The notes below the pieces were generated by a model. That model worked only from the letters and a program-made list of their open reading frames with translations, ran no database searches and was not told where the DNA came from. This document shows, in pieces, positions 49,701 to 58,708 of a DNA stretch of 64,000 bases. Each line of letters starts with the position of its first letter. Position 1 is the stretch's first letter. Location: positions 3,104,001 through 3,168,000 of the forward strand of contig OY761611.1 of the NCBI GenBank assembly GCA_963664875.1, written 5' to 3'. This DNA is from Candidatus Kapaibacterium sp. (GTDB taxonomy: Bacteria; Bacteroidota; Ignavibacteria; Kapaibacteriales; UBA2268). The position numbers and the translations under genes were made by a program.

Positions 49701-51600
49701 GGGGAATGTCCTGATTAGCCGCAATCCGGAAATAACTGGTGCAGACGCGACATACTTCCAGCTTATTTCGTTTCCACCTTCTCCTTTAAGTCTCGCACCG
49801 GGAGAAAGCAGGGAATATGTAGTAGAGCTAAAATCATCAGCTACAGTTGCGAAGATATACGAAGCAGAACTGCGGATATTTACAAACGAACCTAACCAAG
49901 ATTCTTTGATTATTATTCCTTTAGTCGCAGAAAAAGATGCTTTCCTTATTTCTTTTGATAAAATCACTAACCCTTATGCAACGGTTGAAACAGCTGTAAA
50001 CTATAACACAACTGTTGATATTACTAATAGCAGCAAGCTTCCGCGCAATGCAAATCTGGTTTCGTCAGACAACTCAGAAGCTGTTATATCTCCAAATACT
50101 TATACATTTGCCCCCGGAGAAACCAAACAATTTGCTCTAAGTATCACTTATTCAGATACGACAGATTTGAGCCTGAATATTAAGGTAATGTTCGATAGTC
50201 CTTGTATTGATTCTTTAGAACAAATATTGAACTTTGATGTCAATTATGGTCTTGCCGATGTAGATTTGTTGAAAGATTTTGATACTATCGCTCCTTGCAA
50301 CGAAGTGTCTGATACTGTCTTTATCCGTAATATTGGGACTTCCCCGATAGAGTGGCGAGCGGTCTCACTAAGCAATAGTTATTTTAGCATTATTGAGCAA
50401 CCGACTTTTGCAAGCGTAATTGCACCGGGAGATAGTAATTATATCATAATCGGTTTTGATGCGATAGGGAAAGACGACGGTTTATACTTAGTCAGCGCTG
50501 ATTTCTTGGTGTACGAATTTGGCAAAGAGCTGGTTCATAGCTGCATAGCTTCTGTATATGTAAAGTCAGCAGTTGTTGCCACTCCTTCAGATATTGATTT
50601 TGGCTCTGTCATAGAAGCATATAAGAGCGACACAAAAAGATTGACTCTTACAAATGTTGGTACTTATGATATTGAAATAGTAGAAGTTAAGTTTCCGCTA
50701 TCTACAGATTTTACTTTAGAAGTAACAGAACTTTTTGCCGGCGGACCTGCCGTAAATTATCCTTTGCCTATTGGGCAAAGCCTCGAATACGATTTGAACT
50801 TTACCCCGAATTTGATAAAAACTTACAGTGAAGTAATTGAAGTAATAATACGATACTCGGACTGTTTGGATACACTTATAATACCATTTACGGCGGAGGG
50901 TGTACCTGATAATATTCTGACTCTTAGTATGCCGAGTATAACTGTAGATCCGGCACTTCCGGAAATATCGATACCTTTACAAGCTTCAACTTCTAAGTTT
51001 ACAATAGACTCAAAACTAAATAATTTAAGCATCAGTTTTGATAGGAATGTGATGAAGTTCCTCGGCATGGAAAACGCCTCATATCATATTATTCAAACTT
51101 TAGATACTCTCACTGTCGTATTCAATGACAGCACAAGCTATGCCATTGATACAATTCCGGGAACAATAACTAAGCTCCACGCTATACCTCTTCTGGGGCA
51201 TATCGAAAGTACTGATTTGATTATCAATTACATACCCGAAGCAGGGGAGAAGATAAGTGAGGTTGTTGAAGATAATGGTAAAGTAAGCTTAGATATTTGC
51301 AAAGAGGGCGGAGACAGACTTCTTGTCCAATCTAACCGAACAGAACTAATAATTGAGCCAAATCCGGCAAATGACAAAATTCAGATAAGAGCTTTCCTCT
51401 TAGAGTTAGGCAAGTACCGACTCGAATTATTTGACTTGAACGGAAAAAGAATCTATGATAATATAATAGAAAACACTATATTTGCAGGCACTGAAAAAAC
51501 ATTAGAAATATCTACAGAAAAAATAGGCTCCGGTGAGTATATGATGATGCTAATAACTCCGAGCCAAACTATAAGCAAAAAAGTCGTAGTCATCAAATAA
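46777..51600 (+). CDS. Large T9SS cargo surface protein: glycine-rich region + multiple ASH/choice-of-anchor-D-like Ig domains + CTD
   Basis: Signal peptide; GGGGGGG/GGSGGSSG tracts; repeated (L/I).FG.V......L.N.G...L.PGES units; IEPNPAND...SGEY...KKVVVIK. Confidence 0.85.
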   Translation: MKNIAALILLILSTFVSVSAQNVSYILPDIGSPGMNTYIEIIAHVDSIGTYGTDKTYWGVPSDELKIVFENPNDTNDIVVGPLIVSWNGRLISTQIFVNPDVNPNTWDWQALNSQFNKRFAVEYQGRRSAYQDFYVIDPTPLGDVTANSERYLGEGTLGKRSPRGAMIVDSLVLADKAYYPSLKDCDPVTPGNQAYLPFVLMAKYSIKGAANTVIDMTGGKRGQNTEMQDAAPGGGGGGGAFEDVNTDRSSGRRAGNGFTCGGFGGSNTFLISKTGYWVDINNSMSSFTGGFSLNGLKGGETKTFCAECAGGGTGHPFGKSGEGSDGQNDQSKVGYYGGGSGYSNDQNGGSAGYARPGTGPGNTGGKVHGNVMIVPLAGGSGGSSGNPQPEFVENEWGGSGGGGGGALRLYAREIIGLDIPAVGGEGEGADDAEGGNGSGGAIELSANSRLVDIKTNVSGNNKHGYVGGAGYIKVNAANQSSIVDNTTNGLPIYNSVSSDSLQYVPRIFTLTGTKDASKDVKLMFKIGKNPWKDVSSFANIVGNSWSLDFDLTAYMTDKYFYFYAFQEETGVGANQYLNIPDGVLSQSAANIFIPVDEPMIGGDENVYMTVQACPGNEVTRDFYLTNIGAVPLDIDFSSAMFARNTNGLSLVSPTSDIELSKHKDSVTVKLKYVFQKGATGPIYDTLLVAHNDTRSGTPKPWRVAVTIFIEQFDYSILDENDSELNFSAGDELDLGKICRDELVQKPLYIKNNAIARFTTENFAWVNSNKGFTYQLIEDGPLDQNERASLIITYDDSAQPKTGIEVKDTLYFNLEECPEITDSVIVSVSFLYSTLFVGDDFNFGSVRVDETKTVTAKIENIGNSDALIQSLPAVSAPFSIISYSPSPLPVTLQPGESMTVTMEYAPTAANDDSGTFTVQSAKQGLSCAGSIDVPITASSYQSAIELSKDTLNFGIVPECDVPLDTLVLSNNPSASGNVLISRNPEITGADATYFQLISFPPSPLSLAPGESREYVVELKSSATVAKIYEAELRIFTNEPNQDSLIIIPLVAEKDAFLISFDKITNPYATVETAVNYNTTVDITNSSKLPRNANLVSSDNSEAVISPNTYTFAPGETKQFALSITYSDTTDLSLNIKVMFDSPCIDSLEQILNFDVNYGLADVDLLKDFDTIAPCNEVSDTVFIRNIGTSPIEWRAVSLSNSYFSIIEQPTFASVIAPGDSNYIIIGFDAIGKDDGLYLVSADFLVYEFGKELVHSCIASVYVKSAVVATPSDIDFGSVIEAYKSDTKRLTLTNVGTYDIEIVEVKFPLSTDFTLEVTELFAGGPAVNYPLPIGQSLEYDLNFTPNLIKTYSEVIEVIIRYSDCLDTLIIPFTAEGVPDNILTLSMPSITVDPALPEISIPLQASTSKFTIDSKLNNLSISFDRNVMKFLGMENASYHIIQTLDTLTVVFNDSTSYAIDTIPGTITKLHAIPLLGHIESTDLIINYIPEAGEKISEVVEDNGKVSLDICKEGGDRLLVQSNRTELIIEPNPANDKIQIRAFLLELGKYRLELFDLNGKRIYDNIIENTIFAGTEKTLEISTEKIGSGEYMMMLITPSQTISKKVVVIK

Positions 51601-51660
51601 AAAAGTGACTTAGTGGCAGCGGCTTTGTATGCGAATGTAGAAAAAAAAGTGCATTTAATA

Positions 51661-51692
51661 TTTGCATTTATCATGTAAGTGCCTTATATTTG
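51661..51692 (+). promoter_or_regulatory. Bacteroidota-type sigma-A promoter of the ribosomal protein operon
   Basis: TTTG (51661-64) - 20 nt - TATATTTG (51685-92). Confidence 0.65.
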
Positions 51693-51730
51693 TTGTCCAT
51701 AACGTTTGACCACTAAGAAAGAAAAGAAAA

Positions 51731-51898
51731 ATGGCTAAAAAACAAACTTTCGGTGATAAAAGTAAAAAAGTAGTAAGTAAACCGGTAATCAAAGTTGTTA
51801 AAGGCTACAGAAGCGAAGAAGGTTCTGTTCGCTTTTTGGAGCAATTCGTCAAAGTTGACGATTTAGCTGTAGCAGACAAAATTGACATAAATAGATAA
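51731..51898 (+). CDS. 55-aa basic protein, DUF4295/bL38-like (not in the ORF track)
   Basis: [55 protein letters not shown]; own promoter, 8 nt upstream of rpmE. Confidence 0.75.
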   Translation: MAKKQTFGDKSKKVVSKPVIKVVKGYRSEEGSVRFLEQFVKVDDLAVADKIDINR

Positions 51899-51906
51899 GG
51901 GAAGCT

Positions 51907-52140
51907 ATGAAAAAAGGAATTCATCCGGCATATCATACTATCGAAGTTGTTATGACAGACGGTACGACTTTTCAGACTCGTTCTTGTTATAAAAAAGATC
52001 GTATGGTATTGGAGATTGACTCAAAATCGCATCCTTTCTACACAGGTAAACAAGTGCTTGTGGATACTGCAGGTCGTGTAGAAAGATTCAAAAAACGCTT
52101 TGAAAAAGCGCAGCAAATTCGAGAAACAAGGAGGAAATAA
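51907..52140 (+). CDS. rpmE: 50S ribosomal protein L31 (lacks the zinc-binding Cys motif)
   Basis: MKKGIHPAY...[29 protein letters not shown]. Confidence 0.97.
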   Translation: MKKGIHPAYHTIEVVMTDGTTFQTRSCYKKDRMVLEIDSKSHPFYTGKQVLVDTAGRVERFKKRFEKAQQIRETRRK

Positions 52141-52143
52141 GGC

Positions 52144-52407
52144 ATGGCGATTCATCCTATGCAATCCGGGGCGACGTTCAGACCAAATAAGCGAACCGGA
52201 AAGAAAAAACCTAATCCAATGAAAGAGCAAAGAGTAGTGGACTACCTTGATTCTAAATTCTTAGGTCGTTTTACTAACGATCAGGGTAAAATTTTACCTC
52301 GTAGAATCACTGGTGTTTCTGCTTACCAACAACGTCAAATTGCTAAAGCGATTAAATATTCTCGCCATTTAGCATTGATGCCGTTTGTTGCACAAGATAT
52401 CACTTAA
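52144..52407 (+). CDS. rpsR: 30S ribosomal protein S18 (no Cys)
   Basis: [39 protein letters not shown]. Confidence 0.95.
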   Translation: MAIHPMQSGATFRPNKRTGKKKPNPMKEQRVVDYLDSKFLGRFTNDQGKILPRRITGVSAYQQRQIAKAIKYSRHLALMPFVAQDIT

Positions 52408-52433
52408 TCTGGTCAAGCAAAAGAAAATGTTAT

Positions 52434-52462
52434 AAAAAGGTTGTCTAAGGACAACCTTTTTT
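52434..52462 (+). terminator. Rho-independent terminator
   Basis: AAAAAGGTTGTC-TAAG-GACAACCTTTTTT. Confidence 0.85.
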
Positions 52463-52606
52463 GTTGCATAACAATCCAATACATCAAATCATAAAATCTT
52501 CTACAATTCTATTCTTGATCTTAGATTTGACGGATACAACCACATAAAAAAACAGCCCTGATAATAATCAGAGCTGCTTCTAACTTAATCTATGTTACGA
52601 ATAAGA

Positions 52607-53656
52607 CTAACCGATTTCCCAGAAATCTTCGCCTTTCATAAGATCTACCAAATTACCTTCGCCGAGTTTGTCTTTAGCTGCCTGGATTTGGTCAACAACT
52701 AAGTCATTGTATGTTGGTTTTTCCAAATCAAGGAATACACCAAACGGACGAGGCACATTTGGATGGTATGTCATATTTGCTAAGATAAATGCAAGCATTG
52801 TATCTTTTTCGTTATGTACCATCAAATCATCTACTGAGTGAGAGCCATCAGTCAAAGATACAACTGTCGGAGTGAAACCGTCCAATTTGATGCCTTTATC
52901 TCTATTGACACCAAAAATCATTGGTTTGCCATGCTCTAACTGAATAGTGTTTTCAGCTCTTAAATCTTTTTCTGAGAAATTATCAAATGCATTATTGTTG
53001 AAAATAACACAGTTCGCATATACTTCGCAGAAAGATACACCTTTGTGAGCATTTGCTCTTTCAAATAGCATTTTCAAATCTTTAGGGTCTTTATCGATAC
53101 CGCGAGCAAAGAAAGTTGCTCCGGAACCCAAAGCCAATGCCGGTGGATTGAACGGATGATCTACCACGCCAAAAGGAGAAGATTTAGTTTTCTGACCTGG
53201 CTGAGAAGTAGGTGAGTACTGACCTTTAGTCAAAGAGTAAATCTCGTTATTGAACATAAGAATGTTCAAATCTATATTTCTACGGCATGCATGAATCATG
53301 TGATTACCACCAATACTCATACAGTCACCGTCGCCTGTGGCTACCCAAACTGACATATCAGGACGGGCAGTTTTCAAACCTGAAGCAATTGCTAAAGCAC
53401 GACCGTGGATTGAGTGAAATCCATAAACATCCATATAATAAGGGAAGCGGCTTGAACAGCCAATACCTGAAATAAAAGCAATCTTTTCTTTCGGTATTCC
53501 CAATTCAGGCATGATTTTTTGAACTTGGCTCAATATTGCATAACCACCGCATCCGGCACACCAACGAACATCTATACCTGCTTTAAAGTCTGCAGGTTTG
53601 TATTCTAATGTTCCTATATGGGGCTTAGTAACTATCGCATCTACATGTGTAAACAT
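52607..53656 (-). CDS. korB: 2-oxoacid:ferredoxin oxidoreductase beta subunit
   Basis: RWCAGCG, ISGIGCSSRFPYY, HSIHGR, TGDGD TPP motif, LTKGQYSPT. Confidence 0.92.
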   Translation of the reverse strand: MFTHVDAIVTKPHIGTLEYKPADFKAGIDVRWCAGCGGYAILSQVQKIMPELGIPKEKIAFISGIGCSSRFPYYMDVYGFHSIHGRALAIASGLKTARPDMSVWVATGDGDCMSIGGNHMIHACRRNIDLNILMFNNEIYSLTKGQYSPTSQPGQKTKSSPFGVVDHPFNPPALALGSGATFFARGIDKDPKDLKMLFERANAHKGVSFCEVYANCVIFNNNAFDNFSEKDLRAENTIQLEHGKPMIFGVNRDKGIKLDGFTPTVVSLTDGSHSVDDLMVHNEKDTMLAFILANMTYHPNVPRPFGVFLDLEKPTYNDLVVDQIQAAKDKLGEGNLVDLMKGEDFWEIG

Positions 53657-53657
53657 C

Positions 53658-55496
53658 TTATTTGCCCTCCTGTAACAATTCAATTACTCTTTCTTCTATT
53701 TCATGTGCGTTGAGCGGTTTGCCGTTTACTTTGTTAAATTGGATTACTTCTCTCAAATATTTTGAGCGAATCAAAGTAGCAAGATGACCTGTGTTCAATT
53801 CAGGTACAAGCACTTTGTCAAATTTAGCAAGTACATCTCCCATGTTTTTAGGGAATGGGTTTATGTGGCGCAAGTGTGCATAAGATACTTTTTTGCCTTC
53901 GCTTCTTAGTTTATCAAATGCATCTTTGATAGCTCCATAAGTACCACCCCAGCCGAGTATAAGAAGTTCGCCTGAGTCTTCGCCTTCTACGTGCAATTCA
54001 GGGATGCTGTTAGCAACTCTTTCTACTTTCTCAGCACGGAAAGCAATCATTTTCGCATGATTTTCAGGGTCATGAGAAACCAAACCGGTGATGTCTTCTT
54101 TTTCAAGACCGCCGATTCTGTGTTCCAAACCTTCTGTACCCGGTATAGCCCACATACGTGCAAGAGTTTCAGGATTGCGTTTGTAAGGAGCAAATGTATC
54201 TTTATCTGTAGCAAATTCTACTTTAATTTCAGGTATTTCATCCATAGATGGTATTCTCCATGGATTAGTACCCTGAGCGATGTAACCGTCTGTCAAGAGG
54301 ATTACAGGAGTCATATATTCCAAAGCGATTCTTGATGCTTCAACTGCTGCATCAAAGCAATCAGCAGCACTGTTTGCAGCAAGTATCGGCATTGGAGCTT
54401 CACCGTGCCTGCCATACATAGCCATAAGCAAGTCAGATTGCTCAGGTTTAGTAGGGAGACCGGTTGATGGACCTGCTCTCTGAACATCAACGATTACCAA
54501 AGGCAATTCTAATATCACAGCCAAGCCCATAGCTTCTACTTTCAATGAAAGACCAGGACCGCTCGTAGTGGTCAAAGCAAGATTGCCACCATAAGCAGCA
54601 CCGATAGCTGAGCAAATGCCTGCAATCTCGTCTTCTGCCTGATACGTTTTAACACCAAAGTTTTTATATTCTGATAAAAAGTGCAAAATTTCAGTAGCCG
54701 GAGTGATAGGGTAAGAGCCAAGGAACAAAGGCAGATTTGCCTTTCTCGAAGCTGCTACCATACCAAGAGCTACAGCATTGTTACCGGTGATGTTGCGATA
54801 AAATCCTTTTCTTAGTTCAGCATTTTGGATTTTGTACTGAACCTCGAATTTATCACTGTTTTTTGCATATTCATAGCCGGCTTTCAATACTTTAAGGTTT
54901 GAATCCAAAATTTCCGGTTTTTTGCCAAATTTAGTATGCAACCATTTTTCAGTTGGTTCCATTGGTCTGTCAAACAACCAGTATGTAACACCGAGAGCAA
55001 AGATGTTTTTAGTTCTTGCTACGTTTTTGGAAGACATACCTGTTTCAGCCAAAATATTTTTTACTTCTTCAGTCATGTCTATGGCAAATACTTTGAAGTC
55101 TGCCAAAGAGCCATTTTCTAAAGGATTTATCTCATATTTTGCTAATTCTAAGTTTTTCTTACCGAAACCGGCAGTATTGCAAATAATGATACCGCCTTTT
55201 TTTACCTGAGGTAGATTTACCTTGAGGGAAGAAGCGTTCATTGCTACAAGCACGTCAATTTCGCTGCCCGGAGTATTTACTTTTTTTGAACCAAATTGAA
55301 TCTGGTAAGCACTTACGCCATACAAGGTGCCTTCCGGGGCACGAATTTCTGAAGGATAATCAGGAAATGTATTGACATCATTACCTACAATACCGGACGT
55401 ATTCGAAAACTGTGTGCCGCTTAGCTGCATACCGTCTCCGGAGTCGCCGGCGAACCTTATCGTTACCTCTTGGAGGTATTCTACTTTTTGTTCCAT
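53658..55496 (-). CDS. korA: 2-oxoacid:ferredoxin oxidoreductase alpha subunit
   Basis: FAGDSGDGMQL, SYPITPAT, QAEDEIAG, TSGPG, QRAGPSTGLPTK. Confidence 0.93.
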   Translation of the reverse strand: MEQKVEYLQEVTIRFAGDSGDGMQLSGTQFSNTSGIVGNDVNTFPDYPSEIRAPEGTLYGVSAYQIQFGSKKVNTPGSEIDVLVAMNASSLKVNLPQVKKGGIIICNTAGFGKKNLELAKYEINPLENGSLADFKVFAIDMTEEVKNILAETGMSSKNVARTKNIFALGVTYWLFDRPMEPTEKWLHTKFGKKPEILDSNLKVLKAGYEYAKNSDKFEVQYKIQNAELRKGFYRNITGNNAVALGMVAASRKANLPLFLGSYPITPATEILHFLSEYKNFGVKTYQAEDEIAGICSAIGAAYGGNLALTTTSGPGLSLKVEAMGLAVILELPLVIVDVQRAGPSTGLPTKPEQSDLLMAMYGRHGEAPMPILAANSAADCFDAAVEASRIALEYMTPVILLTDGYIAQGTNPWRIPSMDEIPEIKVEFATDKDTFAPYKRNPETLARMWAIPGTEGLEHRIGGLEKEDITGLVSHDPENHAKMIAFRAEKVERVANSIPELHVEGEDSGELLILGWGGTYGAIKDAFDKLRSEGKKVSYAHLRHINPFPKNMGDVLAKFDKVLVPELNTGHLATLIRSKYLREVIQFNKVNGKPLNAHEIEERVIELLQEGK

Positions 55497-55806
55497 CTGG
55501 ATTTTAAAACCTTCTTACTTGTTTGTTTAACTAAAGAACTGATGAAGACTTAGCTTGTAAATTAGCAAAAATGCTAATAAAGTCAAGCATATTATTGTCT
55601 ATAAAGTTATTCTAATATATTTGTTGTTATATCATAACATTTAAGCAATACCTAAACAATTGCCTATATTTTATGTGAAAATAGGCAATAAAAAAGGCAT
55701 ACATAAATTGTTTTCTTCATCTGTAGATTTATGTGCTTTTAAATCTAAGAAAAAAACAAATATCTATATGCCTTTTTTTCGTTAAAAAAGAAAGTATATT
55801 TTTATG

Positions 55807-56805
55807 CTACAAAGAAACATGGTAATTAGTGAGAGCTTTCATGTATTGTGCTCTTTCAAATTTCGTAGCATCAGCGGCTTTTTGCTTGCTCATGCTGCCT
55901 TGCATCTGCATTATTGATTCGTATTCTTTATCATTCATCCAAGTCTGAAGATCAGTCAAAACAGTAGAAATGTGATTTATACCATATTTGAGTAGTGCCG
56001 ATGTCATCATTGCAACATTTGCACCTACCATCATCAGCTTGATTACGTCTTCTGCTGTGTGTACGCCGCCTGTAGCTGCAAAATCTGCCTTTATTCTGTA
56101 TTTCAATATTGCAATCCATCTGAGAGCTATTCTTATGTCAGATGAATCACTTAAAATGATGTTTGGTTCGATTTCGAGCTCATCAAGATTTATATCAGGC
56201 TGATAAAATCTGTTAAACAAAACTAATGCATCTGCTCCTGCTTCGTCAAACTTTTTCGCCGTACTTGCCATGTTTGTAAAGTAAGGGCTTAGCTTTAATG
56301 CCACAGGAATTTTTATGTGTGATTTGACTGTCTTAAGTATTTCTAAATACGAATTTTCAAGTTCGTCTGCACTCTTGTCAAACTCTGTCGGAACATTATA
56401 AATATTCAACTCAATTGCGTCTGCTCCTGCTGCTTCCATATCTTTTGCATATTCAGCCCAGCCACCTGGAGTAGAAGCATTAAGAGATGCAACGATCGGA
56501 ATATCCACTGCTTCTTTGGATTTTCTGATGTGGTTAAGATATTCGTCCGGTCCGAGCTTGTATTCATCAGGTTCAGGGAAATACGAAAGTGCTTCAGCGA
56601 AACTTTCTGTTCCTTGAGTAGTGTGGTAATAAAGGCTCTTTTGCTCTAAAGTCAGCTGCTCTTCAAAAAGCGAGTAAAGTACAACTGCAGATGCACCGGC
56701 ATCTTCCATTTGTTTGATGTTATCTAAAGATTCTGATAGCGGATTTGCAGAAACAACAAGTGGATTCTTTAATTCCTTGCCAAGAAAGTTAGTTTTAAGA
56801 TTCAT
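55807..56805 (-). CDS. Dihydroorotate dehydrogenase-like flavoprotein
   Basis: LKNPLVVSA.PL, AVVLYSLFEEQ, ELNIY, KLSPYF, LVLFNRFYQPDI, TGGVH. Confidence 0.9.
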   Translation of the reverse strand: MNLKTNFLGKELKNPLVVSANPLSESLDNIKQMEDAGASAVVLYSLFEEQLTLEQKSLYYHTTQGTESFAEALSYFPEPDEYKLGPDEYLNHIRKSKEAVDIPIVASLNASTPGGWAEYAKDMEAAGADAIELNIYNVPTEFDKSADELENSYLEILKTVKSHIKIPVALKLSPYFTNMASTAKKFDEAGADALVLFNRFYQPDINLDELEIEPNIILSDSSDIRIALRWIAILKYRIKADFAATGGVHTAEDVIKLMMVGANVAMMTSALLKYGINHISTVLTDLQTWMNDKEYESIMQMQGSMSKQKAADATKFERAQYMKALTNYHVSL

Positions 56806-57000
56806 AGTGTAAACCTCTAATGTATATTATCGATAGATTTAATTACTACAATAAAAAAACGGTCAATATGAAAAATATTGCTTATTAATTTAACTTTCTT
56901 GTGTCGTACTTTACTGTTGCAAAATGTGAATTCCCCAAAAAAAAATACCCGATATTATAAATACCGAGTATTTTTTTTGACAAGTTATGATTATAGCAGA

Positions 57001-58497
57001 CTATTTAACTATTTTCAAAGCATGTGTGGTCTTACCGGCTCTAATCTGTACGATATAAACACCATTTGGATATTTGCTCATGTCAAAACTAATATCCTGA
57101 TTGTCTGCTTTTGCTTTGCTGCTAATATTAGCTAAGATGGCTCCGTTCAAATCGCATAAATTTAGTTCCAATTCTTCTGCGAGGTCGGACTGCAAAGAAA
57201 TATTGAGTGTATTCACAACAGGATTAGGATATGCTCTTACATTTAAAACTACTTCTCCCTTTGATTCTTCGATGCCTGTTGTTTTGAAGAAGTCATCAAA
57301 ATGGAATTCTGTAGCTTGTATATTCCATGAATATTCATCTGCTGTTGATAACGATAAAAGTATTTTTTGGTCGGCAGGTACTATTTCTATAGTCTGTAAG
57401 TTGTTTGACAGACCTGCAGCATTTTTAAGTACTTCCCAGCTTCTTGATATTGTCATTTTATCATTCAGTAGAAGGGCTTCCTGCAATCTGTCATATCGGT
57501 CACAACTTTCTGCATCTACAAGCTTTCTGAAGTGATTTGTTGCTACAAGGTTAGTGCCGCTTATATTACTGTTCTCATCTAAGACGCGAGATACAGTTCC
57601 ATTGTCCATGTCAGATTCTATTACTATGGCACTATCGCCGTTTGCTATAGCTCCTGCAGCATCTACTATGAATCCGCCACCGGTAGTTTTTGCACCAACT
57701 GCATCAAATAGGTCAGACGTATTGCAAACTCCGTCTTTATTGTAATCTTTCATCTCAATTGCATTTCGGATTGCAAGAAATATTGGCTCAATTTGTTTGC
57801 CCATTACACTTCCGGAAGGTTGATTGCCCATGTGTTGGAAAGCTACAAGACTGCTTTCATTTACACCCGATAAACATCCAAAAAGACCCGGGAAACCGAA
57901 AGATACCCATTTCTGCTCGTCTTCTTCTGATGGGTTGGCAGCTATTACGATGTGGTTATTATATAGCTCAGGTACTTTTTGCCAGTCAAGATGTCGGGTG
58001 ATGACAAGTTCGCCTTGTAAATCAGGATCCTGCAAAGTTGCGTCGCCCCAACTCATCAATGATGAGCATCCAAATAATGATTCGAGTTCTACTATACTGT
58101 TCGCAAACAGCATATCAAGAGCCTGTAAATCTCTACCCATAAACTCATTAAATCTTGCAGCATAGCTAGTAGCATTGAAGCCGTCTGCTATGCCTTTTGC
58201 TTCATCTTTGTATTTCTGATCTACAAGTAAAACAGTTTGCACAGCCATAAGGTAATTTGAATAATCGCCTTTGTTATTGTTAAAAATTCTTGCTATAAAA
58301 TAATCCATTAGCACAACATCTAACTGCTGAGCCATCAGATTGCCATAAGCATAGCCTCTTTCGTAGTGATTGCCCCAAACTTGGAGTACGGGGATTCCGT
58401 TTATCTCTGTGAGATTTCCTTTTACTTCCTGTGCCTGTATCTTTCCTGCAAAGGCAATAGAGGCAAACAGCAAAGCCGCAAAAAGTATTTTTTTCAT
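57001..58497 (-). CDS. C45-family (Ntn hydrolase) peptidase with T9SS CTD
   Basis: GNHYERGYAYG, FGCSS nucleophile Cys, RHLDW, SGVNE, ATNHF; CTD AYPNPV...NGVYIVQI...KIVK. Confidence 0.85.
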   Translation of the reverse strand: MKKILFAALLFASIAFAGKIQAQEVKGNLTEINGIPVLQVWGNHYERGYAYGNLMAQQLDVVLMDYFIARIFNNNKGDYSNYLMAVQTVLLVDQKYKDEAKGIADGFNATSYAARFNEFMGRDLQALDMLFANSIVELESLFGCSSLMSWGDATLQDPDLQGELVITRHLDWQKVPELYNNHIVIAANPSEEDEQKWVSFGFPGLFGCLSGVNESSLVAFQHMGNQPSGSVMGKQIEPIFLAIRNAIEMKDYNKDGVCNTSDLFDAVGAKTTGGGFIVDAAGAIANGDSAIVIESDMDNGTVSRVLDENSNISGTNLVATNHFRKLVDAESCDRYDRLQEALLLNDKMTISRSWEVLKNAAGLSNNLQTIEIVPADQKILLSLSTADEYSWNIQATEFHFDDFFKTTGIEESKGEVVLNVRAYPNPVVNTLNISLQSDLAEELELNLCDLNGAILANISSKAKADNQDISFDMSKYPNGVYIVQIRAGKTTHALKIVK

Positions 58498-58708
58498 ATC
58501 AATTCCTAACTGTATGTGATATAGATTGTGCAAAATAAGCCTTTATTTGTTCATATTTTATAAAATAATATTAGTAATGACAATAAATATAGGATGCTGT
58601 AAATAAATATGCAATAAATCTGTCCAATGTTTGTATTCTATATATATAGTAAGGTGTTGATTTACTTATCTATTAGGACTTTTCTAATGTCCGTTTTCTT
58701 TTGAATGT

